This document shows, one piece after another, positions 1 to 11,610 of a stretch of 64,000 nucleotides of DNA; position 1 is the first letter of the stretch, and every line of letters begins with the position of its first letter. Under the pieces are notes generated by a model, which was given only the letters and a program-made list of their open reading frames with translations, ran no database searches and was not told the DNA's origin. Origin of the DNA: Blepharisma stoltei ATCC 30299 (lineage: Eukaryota; Protista; Ciliophora); the NCBI GenBank assembly GCA_965603825.1, contig CBFDEM010000012.1, forward strand, positions 248,001 to 312,000, written 5' to 3'. The translations under genes and the position numbers were made by a program.

Positions 1-199
1 TTAAGTTTAATTTCGAATTTTATGATTACAGAAAATTTACATTAAATGGGTTATATATAAAGCGCTCCTTAGAAATGATTCAGTTTTCTAATAATTAAGC
101 ACTCTTATATTAGAAATTGTTTTATAATTCAAAACATGCTATTATCATAGCTTTGAAACTTAAATTCTGAAATGTTTTAAGTGCTCATCGTTACATAAA

Positions 200-3100
200 A
201 TGGGAGAAGCAGTAAAAGTCGCTGTCCGCGTCAGGCCTTTTAACTCTCGAGAAAAGGCAGAAGGCGCCGAACTTTGTGTCAGCATGGACCGAAATTCCAC
301 CAAAGTCTGGAGCCGCGAAACAAACTACGAAAAAGAATTTAACTTCGATTACAGTTATTGGTCACACGATGGGTTCATAGAAGACCCTACCACAGGGGTT
401 CTTAAAAAAGACCGTCCAGGCTCTAAATATGCTGACCAACAAATGGTCTTTAATGATGTTGGTGTCGATATCCTGAACAATGCTTGGGAAGGTTACCATG
501 TATGTCTTTTTGCATATGGACAAACAGGCTCAGGCAAAAGTTATAGTATTGTGGGGTATGGACCGAATAAAGGAGTCATTCCGATTGCATGTGAAGAAAT
601 TTTTAACAGAATAAAAAACTCAGGGAACCCATTGGTGAAATATGACGTGAAAGTTAGTATGCTAGAAATCTATAACGAACAAGTGCAAGACCTGTTGCAG
701 CCGCCTGAAAGAAGAGTCAAAGGAGGGTTAAAGGTAAGAGAGCATCCTAAGACTGGTGTTTTTGTTGAAGGACTGGTACAGCAAACAGTGTCGTCTTATG
801 AAGAAATCAGCCAGGTGCTAGATGATGGAAATAAACATAGAACTGTTGCAGCTACTCAAATGAATGCAACTAGCTCAAGAGCACATACTGTCCTTACTAT
901 TTCCTTTACACAGATTTTCCATGAAGAAGGCACCGGAAAACCTCTAACAAGAAAACAAAGTGATATTAACTTGGTCGACTTAGCAGGCTCTGAAAGAGCT
1001 AGCAAAACAGGTGCAACTGGAGATAGACTTCAAGAAGGAAGCAGCATCAATCAATCTTTATCATGCTTAGGAAAAGTCATCACTGCTCTAGCAAAAAAAT
1101 CAGCTGGTGGTGCAGCCAAAGGTGAAGTGATTCCATACAGAGAAAGCAAATTAACCAGAATCTTGCAAAACGCATTAGGAGGTAACAGTAAAACTACTAT
1201 GATAGCTGCCATATCTCCTGCCACTTTCAATTTTGAAGAAACTTTAAGCACACTTAGGTACGCAGATCAAGTAAAAGCTATCAAAAATAAAGCTGTCGTC
1301 AACGAAACCCCACAGGAAAAGCTGATTAGAGAGCTTAAAGAAGAAAACGAAAAACTTAAAGCCTTATTAGAAGGAAGAGGGGGCTCAGTAGGTGGATCAG
1401 GCGGAGGAATGTCAGACGAACAGAGAATGGAATTTGAAGCCCAAATTGAGCAGCTGAGGAGAGAAAAAGAAGAAGCAGAAAAAACAGCCTATCAAAGAGC
1501 TCAAGAAGAAAGCAGTAGAATTGAAAGGCAGCCAACTGTTCATAAAAAAGAAATCACTGGACCACATATTACAAACTTGAATGAAGATCCACAATTAAGC
1601 GGGCAAATACAGCATGAGTTTATGGAGGGGCAATCAAAGCTGGGTAGATCTCAAGACAACAATATTATATTGAATGGGCTAGGAATCGCCCCAGAGCACT
1701 GTGCAGTGCAAAGAAGTGGGGCAAGGCATGTGCTTATACCTTCTTCTGATGCGAAAAACAAAACGATGGTCAATGGACAAATCCTTACTGCACCCTATGA
1801 GCTAAATCATTTAGACAGGATAAAATTCGGAAACTATTTGTTTTTCTTATTTGTAGACCCATCTCAACCTGCAAACCCTGAACTCACCTGGGAATTTGCC
1901 ATAAAAGAAGCAAATGAAGCTGAAATGCAAGCCTTGGTCAGCGAGCAAGAAAAAGAAATGCGCAGAAAGCAAGAAGAAATTGAGCAAAAGCTCAAAATAG
2001 AATGGGAAGCCAAGCAGAGAGAAATGGAAGAAGAAAAAAGGAAGCTTGAAGCCATGCTAAACCAAAAATCAAAGCAAGATGAAGAAACTAGGATGCTTCT
2101 CGAAGAAAAAGAAAGGGCTTTGATTTCAAAGCAACGAGAAATGGAAGAAGAGCTACGGAAAAGAGAACAAGATTTAAGAGATAAAGAAAAAGAAAGGCAG
2201 CAAAGGACAAAGATGGATACAATGATAAGCAATGCTTTGCAGATGTCAAATGAAGTCAATGAGAGAGCAGCAATGCTAGGAAAACCGCTGAGGGTTAAGC
2301 CAGAGTTTACTAGGACTCCTGGGAGGGATGGGACTATTGGGAAAGGAATGGAAAACGTAAGAGTGAGGATGAGGGTTATGACTCCTGGACTTGGTGATAT
2401 TAGGCTTTATTGGCCGATTGAAAAACTAGAAGAAAGGCTTCCAGACATGGCGGATATGTGTCAGCAGTATTTCGAAGGGACACCTCTAGAAAATATTGAT
2501 ATGAATTATGACCCATTCTGGGTTGTGCCTGAGGAGGTCCCTTCCATGATGGATGAAGGCGGCTACATTGGCCAAGTCAACTTGATAACTGAAACTTTGT
2601 TTTACTTACTCGACATTACAGAAGAGCCACACCCTATATATAGTCCAAGTGGCCAGCAAATAGGAAACCTTGTTGCAGGAGTCACTCCATCGCTTGTTGA
2701 TGAAGACATAGAAGAGGCAGGATATGAAGACATGCTTCAAATAGAAGGAAAACCATTAGACCTTACTATGAGCATTAATAGAATTGTAGATCTTCCCAAT
2801 GAGTTTGCTCAAGATGTGTATTGCTCGTATATAATCCCACAAGCTGGGAGAGATACTTTTACAACACAAAAAGTAAACGGAAGCAATGCGACTTTTGGCT
2901 ACACTAAAAAGCATCAGTTTTTAGTTACAAGATACAGTGCGGGAGAGTTTGAAAAAGGGCAAATAACGATAAATATTTTTGGAAGCAAGCCACTAAGCTT
3001 AAGAAGTAACGAAATCGAGACTGCACGAAGAATTTTCAGCGCAGGAACCGTGGCAGGACAGTCAGGCAAACGATATCAAGAAGAGTCAAAATCTCCTCTA

Positions 3101-3493
3101 CCAAACATACGTGAAGAAGAGCCTAAAGCTTCAGCTAAAAACATGGAAAAAGCAGCCCAACAAGATAAAATTATTCAGCCAGCGAAGAAATCTGAAGAAG
3201 TAAAAGTCCCAGCTAAAAATGCTGCTCCTGCACAAAAAACAGCATTGGTTACACCAGATAAGAATTCAAGCGACTTCGATTTTCGATCTCACCCATCATC
3301 AGAAGCACTAATTGGCTCAGCCAAGGTAAAGCCTGCTACTCCTTTAGAATCTACACCAGGGTCTGTTGCTGTAATACAAGAAGCAAGAATCGTTGACGAA
3401 AGAGATGAAAAGATCAAAAAAATGGAAGAAGAGCTTAAAAAAGCAAAAGAAAATCAAAAATCAGACAAATCAGGGTGTTGTGCGATAATTTAA
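200..3493 (+). CDS. Kinesin-3 family motor (KIF28/KLP-6-like): motor domain, FHA domain, coiled coil, C2-like region, C-terminal CaaX (CCAII)
   Basis: VAVRVRP, FDYSYWSHDG, P-loop GQTGSGKS, NATSSRAH, DLAGSERA, HITNLNEDP followed by an FHA-like segment (GR...HC...NG...DRIKFG). 1097 aa, ends at TAA. Confidence 0.95.
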   Translation: MGEAVKVAVRVRPFNSREKAEGAELCVSMDRNSTKVWSRETNYEKEFNFDYSYWSHDGFIEDPTTGVLKKDRPGSKYADQQMVFNDVGVDILNNAWEGYHVCLFAYGQTGSGKSYSIVGYGPNKGVIPIACEEIFNRIKNSGNPLVKYDVKVSMLEIYNEQVQDLLQPPERRVKGGLKVREHPKTGVFVEGLVQQTVSSYEEISQVLDDGNKHRTVAATQMNATSSRAHTVLTISFTQIFHEEGTGKPLTRKQSDINLVDLAGSERASKTGATGDRLQEGSSINQSLSCLGKVITALAKKSAGGAAKGEVIPYRESKLTRILQNALGGNSKTTMIAAISPATFNFEETLSTLRYADQVKAIKNKAVVNETPQEKLIRELKEENEKLKALLEGRGGSVGGSGGGMSDEQRMEFEAQIEQLRREKEEAEKTAYQRAQEESSRIERQPTVHKKEITGPHITNLNEDPQLSGQIQHEFMEGQSKLGRSQDNNIILNGLGIAPEHCAVQRSGARHVLIPSSDAKNKTMVNGQILTAPYELNHLDRIKFGNYLFFLFVDPSQPANPELTWEFAIKEANEAEMQALVSEQEKEMRRKQEEIEQKLKIEWEAKQREMEEEKRKLEAMLNQKSKQDEETRMLLEEKERALISKQREMEEELRKREQDLRDKEKERQQRTKMDTMISNALQMSNEVNERAAMLGKPLRVKPEFTRTPGRDGTIGKGMENVRVRMRVMTPGLGDIRLYWPIEKLEERLPDMADMCQQYFEGTPLENIDMNYDPFWVVPEEVPSMMDEGGYIGQVNLITETLFYLLDITEEPHPIYSPSGQQIGNLVAGVTPSLVDEDIEEAGYEDMLQIEGKPLDLTMSINRIVDLPNEFAQDVYCSYIIPQAGRDTFTTQKVNGSNATFGYTKKHQFLVTRYSAGEFEKGQITINIFGSKPLSLRSNEIETARRIFSAGTVAGQSGKRYQEESKSPLPNIREEEPKASAKNMEKAAQQDKIIQPAKKSEEVKVPAKNAAPAQKTALVTPDKNSSDFDFRSHPSSEALIGSAKVKPATPLESTPGSVAVIQEARIVDERDEKIKKMEEELKKAKENQKSDKSGCCAII

Positions 3494-3494
3494 G

Positions 3495-3854
3495 TTAATC
3501 TTCTTCTAAATTTATGTTAGTTCCAAATCTTGCATACAAGTAACTTTTAAGTGCTAGCATTTCTTTTTGGACTTCTTCCAATTGAGCCCTTGTGCTTTCC
3601 AAGTCATGACGTTTCTGGTCCTTTACTTTTTCAAGTCTTTCAATGGCTTCTTCTTCAGTACATTGTATCAAACACTCACCAATCATAACTCTGACGCTTC
3701 CTTCCATTGATAATTCAAGCTCATCAAGTGCATCTTGTAAAGCGTTGAATTTCTCCTCTTTAGTTTTGCAGTCTAGGTCGATTTCTTTGGAGCGCATGTT
3801 TAGATAGCTGAATCTATTGATCCTCTGTTGGTCTTCCCAAAGAACATCAGCCAT
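3495..3854 (-). CDS. PFDN4: Prefoldin subunit 4
   Basis: EDQQRINRFS at the N-terminus and LKSYLYARFGTNINLE at the C-terminus match the PFDN4/GIM3 signature. Confidence 0.92.
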   Translation of the reverse strand: MADVLWEDQQRINRFSYLNMRSKEIDLDCKTKEEKFNALQDALDELELSMEGSVRVMIGECLIQCTEEEAIERLEKVKDQKRHDLESTRAQLEEVQKEMLALKSYLYARFGTNINLEED

Positions 3855-3993
3855 TTATCTAATTTTATTTAAAAGTTGTGCAGAGTTAAAAAATAGTGAG
3901 GATTCGAGATAGGGAAAGGATTGGATTGTTGTAAAGGCTTGAGTTTATTAATAGATTAATATAACGCAAAATACTTCTCAAAATAATTAATAT

Positions 3994-5880
3994 ATGAAAT
4001 CATATAGGACATTTTTTGAATCCACACAAGCAGAGACTCCTGGGAGTCGTAATAAGCTCTACAAAACACTCTCAACTCCTCTTTTTGAAAAGAGAAACCG
4101 TCGAAAGCTCTCTTCTACAAGATCAGCAAGCAGGTTTTCTTCCCCATCTCCTTCATCATTTCTTAACAAAATCAAAAACCGACATCTTCACCAAGATTTC
4201 CCAGTCACCCCAGAACTTGCTTCACAAGTAATTCGAGAGTTCTTGCTTCCTATGTTTGAAGCAGATGGCCGTAAAATTAATGCTAAAAGCAGGTCTTCTT
4301 TATTTGGGATTAATTCAAAAGAAAATTCCTCAAGAATTGTTAAAGGCAAACTTAGTGAAATTATTTTGAGACAGCTGAATATTACTAATGAAGAATTGGA
4401 AAAGCTAAAAAATAGATGGGTAGACACAGAAAAGGAAAAAAAAAGAATTAAAAATGAAATTGAGGAATTGAAAGGATGCTTAATTAACAGTATTTGCAAC
4501 TTGAATATGTTAAAATATCATTATCAAGAGACAAATAAAACAATTAAAACTGAGCAGCTTAATGTCAGCCTCGTAAATCAACAAATAAATGAGTATCGGC
4601 AAATGAACCTGAAAAGAGAGGTAGAAAGGATAGAAAATATTGATCAGTTAAATAAGGAAAGAATTAAAAACAAAATTTTGGGTGACAAAGCCAATGAACT
4701 GCAGCATTGAAATGCGTTTTTACTAATGCAAAATGATATTATGGGAGAGCGACTAAAAGGGCTCTATGAAGCTTGCGAAGATATGTGTGATAATCAAAAA
4801 AGCAATGAAAAAATCGATAATGAGCTCCAAATTATCAAGAAAAGATCGAGCGATTTATTCAGCTATTGGATAAGCACTGAAGAAAATACTTTGCAAGTAT
4901 CCCAAAACTGTTTGGAATTTATTAATCAAAACCATACAGCTGCAACACAACGAAAGCAATATCGAGATGATGTAAAAAAACTGAAAAACACCATGAAAGA
5001 CATATTATTAACTATGACTAAAAAAGTCTCCCAAGCTACTGATGAGAAAAACAATTATGAAGAAAAATGTTCACAAATGGAAAAGAAATTCAAAGACATC
5101 AGTGAAAGCTATACAAAAGTTCGGCTCCAAATAAAAGAAATGAATGCAAAAAGAAAACAATTTGGCTTTGATGAAGAAAAGTTATGTAAAAATTGTAATA
5201 AGGCGTTTTATGAAAAAGATAATTATAATTGATCATGCCTTAGACATGCTGGGAAATGAAATGGGACAATGTACTGATGCTGCGGCAAACTAAAAGAAGA
5301 TGCTATTGGATGTGTGAAATCTAAGCACGAAACCAGAGATGATGAAGAAGGAGATGAAAATGAAGCCAACGACGAAATCGCGAATAAAAAAATCAACAAA
5401 AAATGCCCGAGCTGTAAAGAAATTGGACATTTGCCTCATCAATGTCCAAAAGATCCAAACGCCAGAAGCAATGTGAACCAAAAAGAAGAAATTGATAGGA
5501 TCTTTTTGACACACAGAAGAAGGGACAGGATGGGGAATATGACGAATGATGTAACAATTAAGCTGAAAGCTATGCTTAAAATAAATGAAGAAGACGAAAA
5601 AGAAGGCAAAACTCAAAGAGAGAATATAGGCTTTGAAGATATCGAAGAAGTCAGACTAGAAGCTATTGAAACCCCTATCAATGTTTTTGAAATCGCCAAA
5701 AAAAGGCTTGAGAAATCATCCTCCTCAGTAAAGCACAGAAAGCTTTCGAGAATGAATAGCATGAGCAAAGACTTCACAGGGCTTCTCGATTCTGGGCTTC
5801 TTTTGAGCTCAAAAAACTATGAAGGAAGCCATTCAAGACGTCAGTCAATTAACTTCAAACTATCATCTATAGATACATAA
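3994..5880 (+). CDS. Coiled-coil protein with a BTK-like Cys/His zinc motif and a CCHC zinc knuckle (~628 aa, UGA=Trp)
   Basis: ORFs 3994, 4726 and 5314 share one frame, separated only by TGA. Read-through gives CKNCNKAF..NWSCLRHAGKWNGTMYWCCG...IGC and CPSCKEIGHLPHQC. Confidence 0.85.
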
Positions 5881-5935
5881 ACCCACATAAAATTATGTAA
5901 TTAATATCTATTGAGGAAGCATTATTTATATTAAC

Positions 5936-7273
5936 TTAACCTCCAATTCCAGCAAGACTCAGAACTGCACTAATTGACCCAACTAGAAACAGAAACGTGA
6001 ATCCTCCAACGATCACAATGAACTGCCAACTCCTTGGCTCATAGCCCATAATGTTGCATCTCAGTAATGCTAAATAGAAATCACCTGGAAGAATTAGGAC
6101 AATGATTCCACAACAGAACCCTCCTAAGAACCCAAAAAGAACAGTAATTGCTGGGTACACAATTGCGATGGCCAATGTCGTGAGCAATAAGACAAGCGTA
6201 ACTGTGACATGTCTGAATATTCCTTACAGTTGAGTTGAAGGATTTTCTTTCTTTAAGAGGTTCTTTATGATTGTCGTACGGCATGGAGGAATATTGATGG
6301 GAACTGCGAAAATCAAGGTAATAGACATCAAGATCCTAGAAATGACCATTGGGGTGTCGTTGCTTATATCGTCTGGTGTATGCCTCATTATGATTAAGGT
6401 TGGGGTTTTGTTGAGGACAGACAGATACCCGAAAAGACCAAGGAAAATATAAGGAACCATGACGCTGAAGATGGTCCTGAAGGAAACCTTTTTAATTCGC
6501 CGAAGGTTACTGTATCGGAGTTCTCCTTGGACCTGGGCGATGTTGGTATGACAGGTAAAAGAGTAAAGGCAAAATGCGTACCCAGAAAAAATGTTTACAT
6601 TCATATCAAAATATTCCACCTTCCCATAGTTATTGTGTCGCTCAAAAAGGTAAAATTCACAAATTAGCAACAAGGTGATATAAACCAGAGTAAACGCACT
6701 TAGCATGGAAACAAATCGAAAAGAGCTTAAGTTCTTTAATAGTCCAAGTGGGATCATAATCAAAACACAAGATGCACACATAATCACAATCCTTGTTTCT
6801 TCTGGGCTTGTGTGAATATCAAATGATTTTGCGATGCTAGGAACAAATTCTCCTATCATGATTTGGTAGCCTATTAAAGTACCATAAACATATAAAATAA
6901 TCGTCACGTCCATAATCATTCCCCATCTTTTGCCTAAAATTGTCCTAACTAGATTAGGATAATTATAATTTTTGTGTTTGTCTGCTGCAAGAGCAATTCC
7001 AATCAAGCCATAATAGCTTGAAAAAGCTCCCAAAAGAATCATTAGCAGGCCGAGTGTGATGCCTAATCATTTAAAGATTAAAGGTATCGTCAAACAACCT
7101 GCCCCAATTGCTGTAGAAATCAAGGCAAAAATCGAACCTCTCATGGAGCCTGGCTCCATCTTCCCCACAACTCTGTCTGTCCAGCTTCTGTCTTTTCGAG
7201 ATCCGTCTTCGTTTAAGGATTGAAGAGGAACTTCTCGAGAACTATCATATGATCCTACTGATGTATCACCCAT
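5936..7273 (-). CDS. Amino acid transporter (AAAP/SLC38 family); one 15-nt intron 6213-6227
   Basis: PGSMRGSIFALISTAIGAGCLTIP, YSFTCHTN and many TM segments. TGA at 7067-7069 read as Trp. Splicing GTAAGGAATATTCAG joins the 6224-7042 and 5936-6187 ORFs. Confidence 0.92.
6213..6227 (-). other. 15-nt spliceosomal intron GTAAGGAATATTCAG
   Basis: GT-AG ends, TA at positions 9-10, removes an in-frame TAA and restores ...STQLHVTVTLVLLLTTLAI. Confidence 0.88.
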
Positions 7274-7775
7274 TTTATTTATTTAAGTTAACTGGTGAAT
7301 ATATTTGTGACGATTTAAAGATATGTCAAAGATTGATATTTTCAGAGAAAAAGAAATAGCATAAGATAGTTATGGATTAAGATTAAAGGTCTATAATTTT
7401 TAACAAAAAGGCTATTGGTAGAGAGATTGCTTTGGGCAATTTCAAGTTTTGATTTTTCAATTGGCGTTGGAAAATTGTAATTTTAGCTGATGACATCATT
7501 TGAAAATGGTGAAATAGCACTCTCTCGGGTGAAGTTTCTTATGATATTAGCTCTGTGCATGCACATATATAGTAAGGATGCAGGTGTAAAAGAAACAAAA
7601 ATTTTTTAAAGATCAATGTTTATATCAAATTTTAAAAATTTAAGAAAATTACGAAAATTGATTTTTGTAGCTTGATTTTAAGGTTATAACTATTAGTTAG
7701 GAAAATAATTCGAAACAAGTTTTCTGGTTAAAGAAAAATCATATTATACACTCATATATTATCAGTTGTTGCTTG

Positions 7776-10032
7776 TTAGCTTTTGAAAGAGTTTGGAGTG
7801 TCCAATGAGCCTATAGAGCTTTGCTTTTCCAATAGCTCAAAATTTAAATCTGGAAAGTTCCTCGCTGTTGACAAAGTGCTGATTTTTATTTCTGGCAAAT
7901 AATCTCGTCTTTTCTCACGAATTTCTATTTTTGTCACTATATCTTGCAAACGGTCAATCAATTTGGTATTTTCTTTCAACTGTTCGCTTATCGTGACCAT
8001 TTCTTTAAATTTCATTTTTTCGCTATACTTAAAGTCTTCCCTTTCAGACTCTTCATTAATTTCTTTTTCAATCTCACATATCTCTTTTGCTATTATTTCT
8101 TTAAACTCAATTGCTTTCAAGGTTTTTATCAGTCCATTTTTATTAGCTTTTACCAAAGCTTTCATTTCCGCAAGAGCTTTAATAATTTTCTTTTCTCTCT
8201 CATCAGCAAAGTGCACAATTTCTTTTCAGACTGCAGGAAACTCGAATTGGATTTTTTCAATTAGCTATGTAAGAGTTACCTTCTTGGTCATTACTAAGAG
8301 AACAACATCAGTTTCTGCGCATATATTATACTTTCTTAACACATTTCTAACAACTTCAGCATCCCCAAAATAATGTCCTTCCTGCAACACCCTATACACT
8401 ATATTATCATATCCATATATAAAGCACACTCTCCCAGATGATATAAAATAAATAGTATGAGGCACCTCCCCTTTAGCACATATCATTTCATTAATCCCAA
8501 TCATCAGTGGCTGTAGATATGGTACCACCCCAGCAATAAAAGTATAGTCTTTCAAAGTAAAAAATGAAAATTTTTTAATAATTCCTTTATGCATACTTAA
8601 TGCTATGTCATATCTCAACTTTTTAGGAAACTCGTTAAGCAGCTCTTCTTTATCATCAGAAGAAATCGCAACTTTTTCAGTTCTAATTCTAATAGTTTTT
8701 ATCATTTTATGCTTGATATCTTTAGAAACATTAGTTTCTCTTGCAAAATCGTCTGAAACTTGGATTTTGTGATCGATGAGGTTCTTCATAATATCAATAT
8801 TCGAGTACATTGAAGAAAGGCTACCAATGCTGAAGGATAAAAAATAGACTCCACAGATCATTCAGACCATAGCAATGAATTTTTCAAAGGTTGTATATGC
8901 ATTTATGTCACCATAGCCCACGGTTGCTAAAGTTGTCATGGCTCAGTAGATGCAGGTAAGATATTGGTCTCATACAGAACTATCAATATATCCAAGCCTC
9001 ACTACCCAAGTCTCTGGAGTAAAGCCATCAAATCTTGCAGTATAAAACCACATACACCCCACCAAATGCAATGAAATAGCAATCACTGATAAAGCTCCCA
9101 CAAGTCTTGTTATACTATGATTAATATTCAATATTATTTGGATATTTTCAAAATTCTGACTTGAAGTTTGCTGTTTCAGCATTTTTGTAAGCTTTGTTAG
9201 CCTAAATAGCCTTGGCAATGATTTTATTTTTAAAAGCTTCACCAGCTGATTCATAAGTGAACTTTTAGTATCAGTTGCCATGACAACTTCTATCATCCCA
9301 AATGGAATTGAAGCAAACAAGTCAATAAGAAACCACCCGAATAAATAATTATAAAATATTTTTTTTCTGGAAGTCACAAGAATGTCGTCTTTATTGAAGT
9401 AAGCAGTGTTTAGGTGAATTAGAGTGTCCAGTAAAAAGGAAATATCTGTGGCAAAATCTATTCAAAACCAGGCATCCATCACAGAGGTTGTTAGAAAAGC
9501 AATCACAAATGGAGTGACTACTGCTGTATATAAAAGCCAAAAAGCTATATAGAAATCTCAGAGTAATTTGAATCAGCCACTGGGATTAATGATGTATTTT
9601 GGAATAACTGGATTATCACGACTGGAGTAAGCGGAATGAAGAACTGTGTCCGCTTTTTTCTGATAATATTCATCTTGAGAGCAGCTATCATTTTTTGAAA
9701 AGAAAAAGGCACTGTCGTCCGTCCCATATTTCTTGATATCGTTTATCAAGCCTTTCATTCGAATGTCCATCATCACTTTTCATTTCATTCTTTGTCAAAT
9801 CCTCTTATATTTACAGGGCGAAGGCTGATCAATTTGAATTTGCTCAACAGGTTCAGTTGAGAGAGTCATGATAAAGCTGTCTTGTGGCTTTTTTGCATCT
9901 TCAATAGAATTTAGTCTATTTCTAGGTGTGAATGGCTTTTCTTCAACAGCAATTTGTGAGTATTCAATAGGCAACACTTTTTTATTCCTTTTACGAAGTA
10001 TACTTATGATACTCTACATAAACTTTTACCAT
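7776..10032 (-). CDS. Cyclic-nucleotide-binding-domain K+ channel (KCNH/EAG/HCN-like); introns 10014-10029 and 8265-8279
   Basis: With UGA=Trp one frame gives S1 FKLLWDFY, FLLDTLIHLNTAY, WFLIDLFASIPF, HLVGCMW, pore YWAMTTLATVGYGD and CNBD (IYFISSGRV, GHYFGD). Confidence 0.93.
8265..8279 (-). other. 15-nt intron GTAACTCTTACATAG
   Basis: Phase 0. Its terminal TAG is the apparent stop of ORF 8265-8861, and removal continues into the 7776-8216 frame. Confidence 0.88.
10014..10029 (-). other. 16-nt intron GTAAAAGTTTATGTAG immediately after the start ATG
   Basis: ATG at 10030-10032. Splicing yields MSIISILRKRNKKVLPIEY, in frame with the rest of the channel. Confidence 0.8.
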
Positions 10033-10395
10033 TTGTCAAATATGATATAAATTGAAATAACAATAAATTATTATTTTCATAAGTATAATTTAAGAGTCTA
10101 AGGAGCTAAGATTTAAAAGGGCTTGAGATTAATGTTTCATATAATTTTAATTTATTGGAAATTGTTGATCAATATTATTATTAAAATTCATTGTTTAATT
10201 TCAAATTTTATGACACAATTATAAATTTTGGTTGGAAGCTCAGCATTCTAAAATTTATAATGAGGATTTTTCTTGTTTTAAAACATAATCAATAATTTCT
10301 GAAATTTTAAAAGAATTAACTATGAAGTATTCAAAATATAAATTCTAATAAAACTATCGCCTCAAAATAATTTTTAAAAATTCATCAAAATTTAT

Positions 10396-11229
10396 TTAGT
10401 TTTCTAAACTCGAGCTGTGCACAAAAATTTGTTGGTATTCGTTGACAATAAGTTTCCAACCATTACTTAATAAGAATTCAGTCACTAATTTGCATTTTCC
10501 ACCATGGGGAAGTCTGCAGTCATCAATCATCACTATTGTATTTTGATGCAAATTTTTATATGAAGCTTTTATTTCTTTTAGATGATGCTCCTGGGATGGA
10601 TTTGGGTTATTAGCGTCAAAATCATAGCTATCTAAATATAAAAAATCAATTGGAAACGGGTAGCTTTCTAAGAAAGCAATAGAGTCGCTGGTAATAACTT
10701 TAGAGTTTTCACCAAACATTTGTATACCTTGAATAGCATGATCTACATTTTCTTGACTGATATCCACTGACCACAAAAATCTGTTAGTTAGATATCCAAA
10801 ATGTCCAAATATCACAGTTGAGCAGCCGTCTCCCAAACAGTTTGCTTCTCCGTCCCTTGAAGTTCCTGTCTCCACTATATTTACCACATTACGATCAATC
10901 ATTAACTTCATAGCGAGAGTTATAGTTATATATCTGTGGTTTGAAGAAGGAATTCTATTAAGCATAACTGTGTGCAAAGCGAGTCTCTGAAAGGCATCAG
11001 AAAGGGTATCAATTTGCCGTTTTTGGCTTATCAGTTCTCTTTTTTGTAAATTGTAAGGCTTAGGTGTCTTCTCTATATTTCCACAACCTTTACCATTGCA
11101 ATTGATTGGGTCTTTTAGCGGTTGCTTTGCCTTTTTAACACCACTGCGCGATCTTGATAAATTTTCAGTGCTAGAGCAGATATAGACTAATAAAAGAAGA
11201 AGTAATATAGCTTGATGCCTTAAATTCAT
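10396..11229 (-). CDS. Class I SAM-dependent methyltransferase (Methyltransf_24-like) with N-terminal signal peptide
   Basis: IVETGTSR, WSVDIS, SDSIAFL, IDFLYLDSYD and IVMIDD motifs; hydrophobic ILLLLLLVYICSS leader. The ATG is at 11227-11229 (the track starts at an upstream TTG). Confidence 0.82.
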   Translation of the reverse strand: MNLRHQAILLLLLLVYICSSTENLSRSRSGVKKAKQPLKDPINCNGKGCGNIEKTPKPYNLQKRELISQKRQIDTLSDAFQRLALHTVMLNRIPSSNHRYITITLAMKLMIDRNVVNIVETGTSRDGEANCLGDGCSTVIFGHFGYLTNRFLWSVDISQENVDHAIQGIQMFGENSKVITSDSIAFLESYPFPIDFLYLDSYDFDANNPNPSQEHHLKEIKASYKNLHQNTIVMIDDCRLPHGGKCKLVTEFLLSNGWKLIVNEYQQIFVHSSSLEN

Positions 11230-11610
11230 CAATTTTAAATTCTAGATTATGTTTCGGATCAGAATAAATGGTCGTTAAAATTTCTTATTCTGGTAAGATT
11301 AATAAAAAAATGAAGTTTCATAATTGTCTGCAGATTTAAAAAGATTATTATTTTTTATAATAAAAGCAAAAATGAAATATTAAGAAATTATAGCCCTAAT
11401 ATTTGGGTATAACAAAAATTAGTTATAATATTAGATATTTTTTTAAGCTTGCTTAAAATTTATATTTGTCTCACAGCATTTTAATATCTTTTTCGCACTC
11501 AAATTCTAATATAGCCTACTCACATCCACTTTCCTTATCCTTTTTCCTCCCCTCCTTCCCTATCTCTTCTCAAATTCAAATAGGAGTCACATTTTCCAAT
11601 TCTCATAAAA

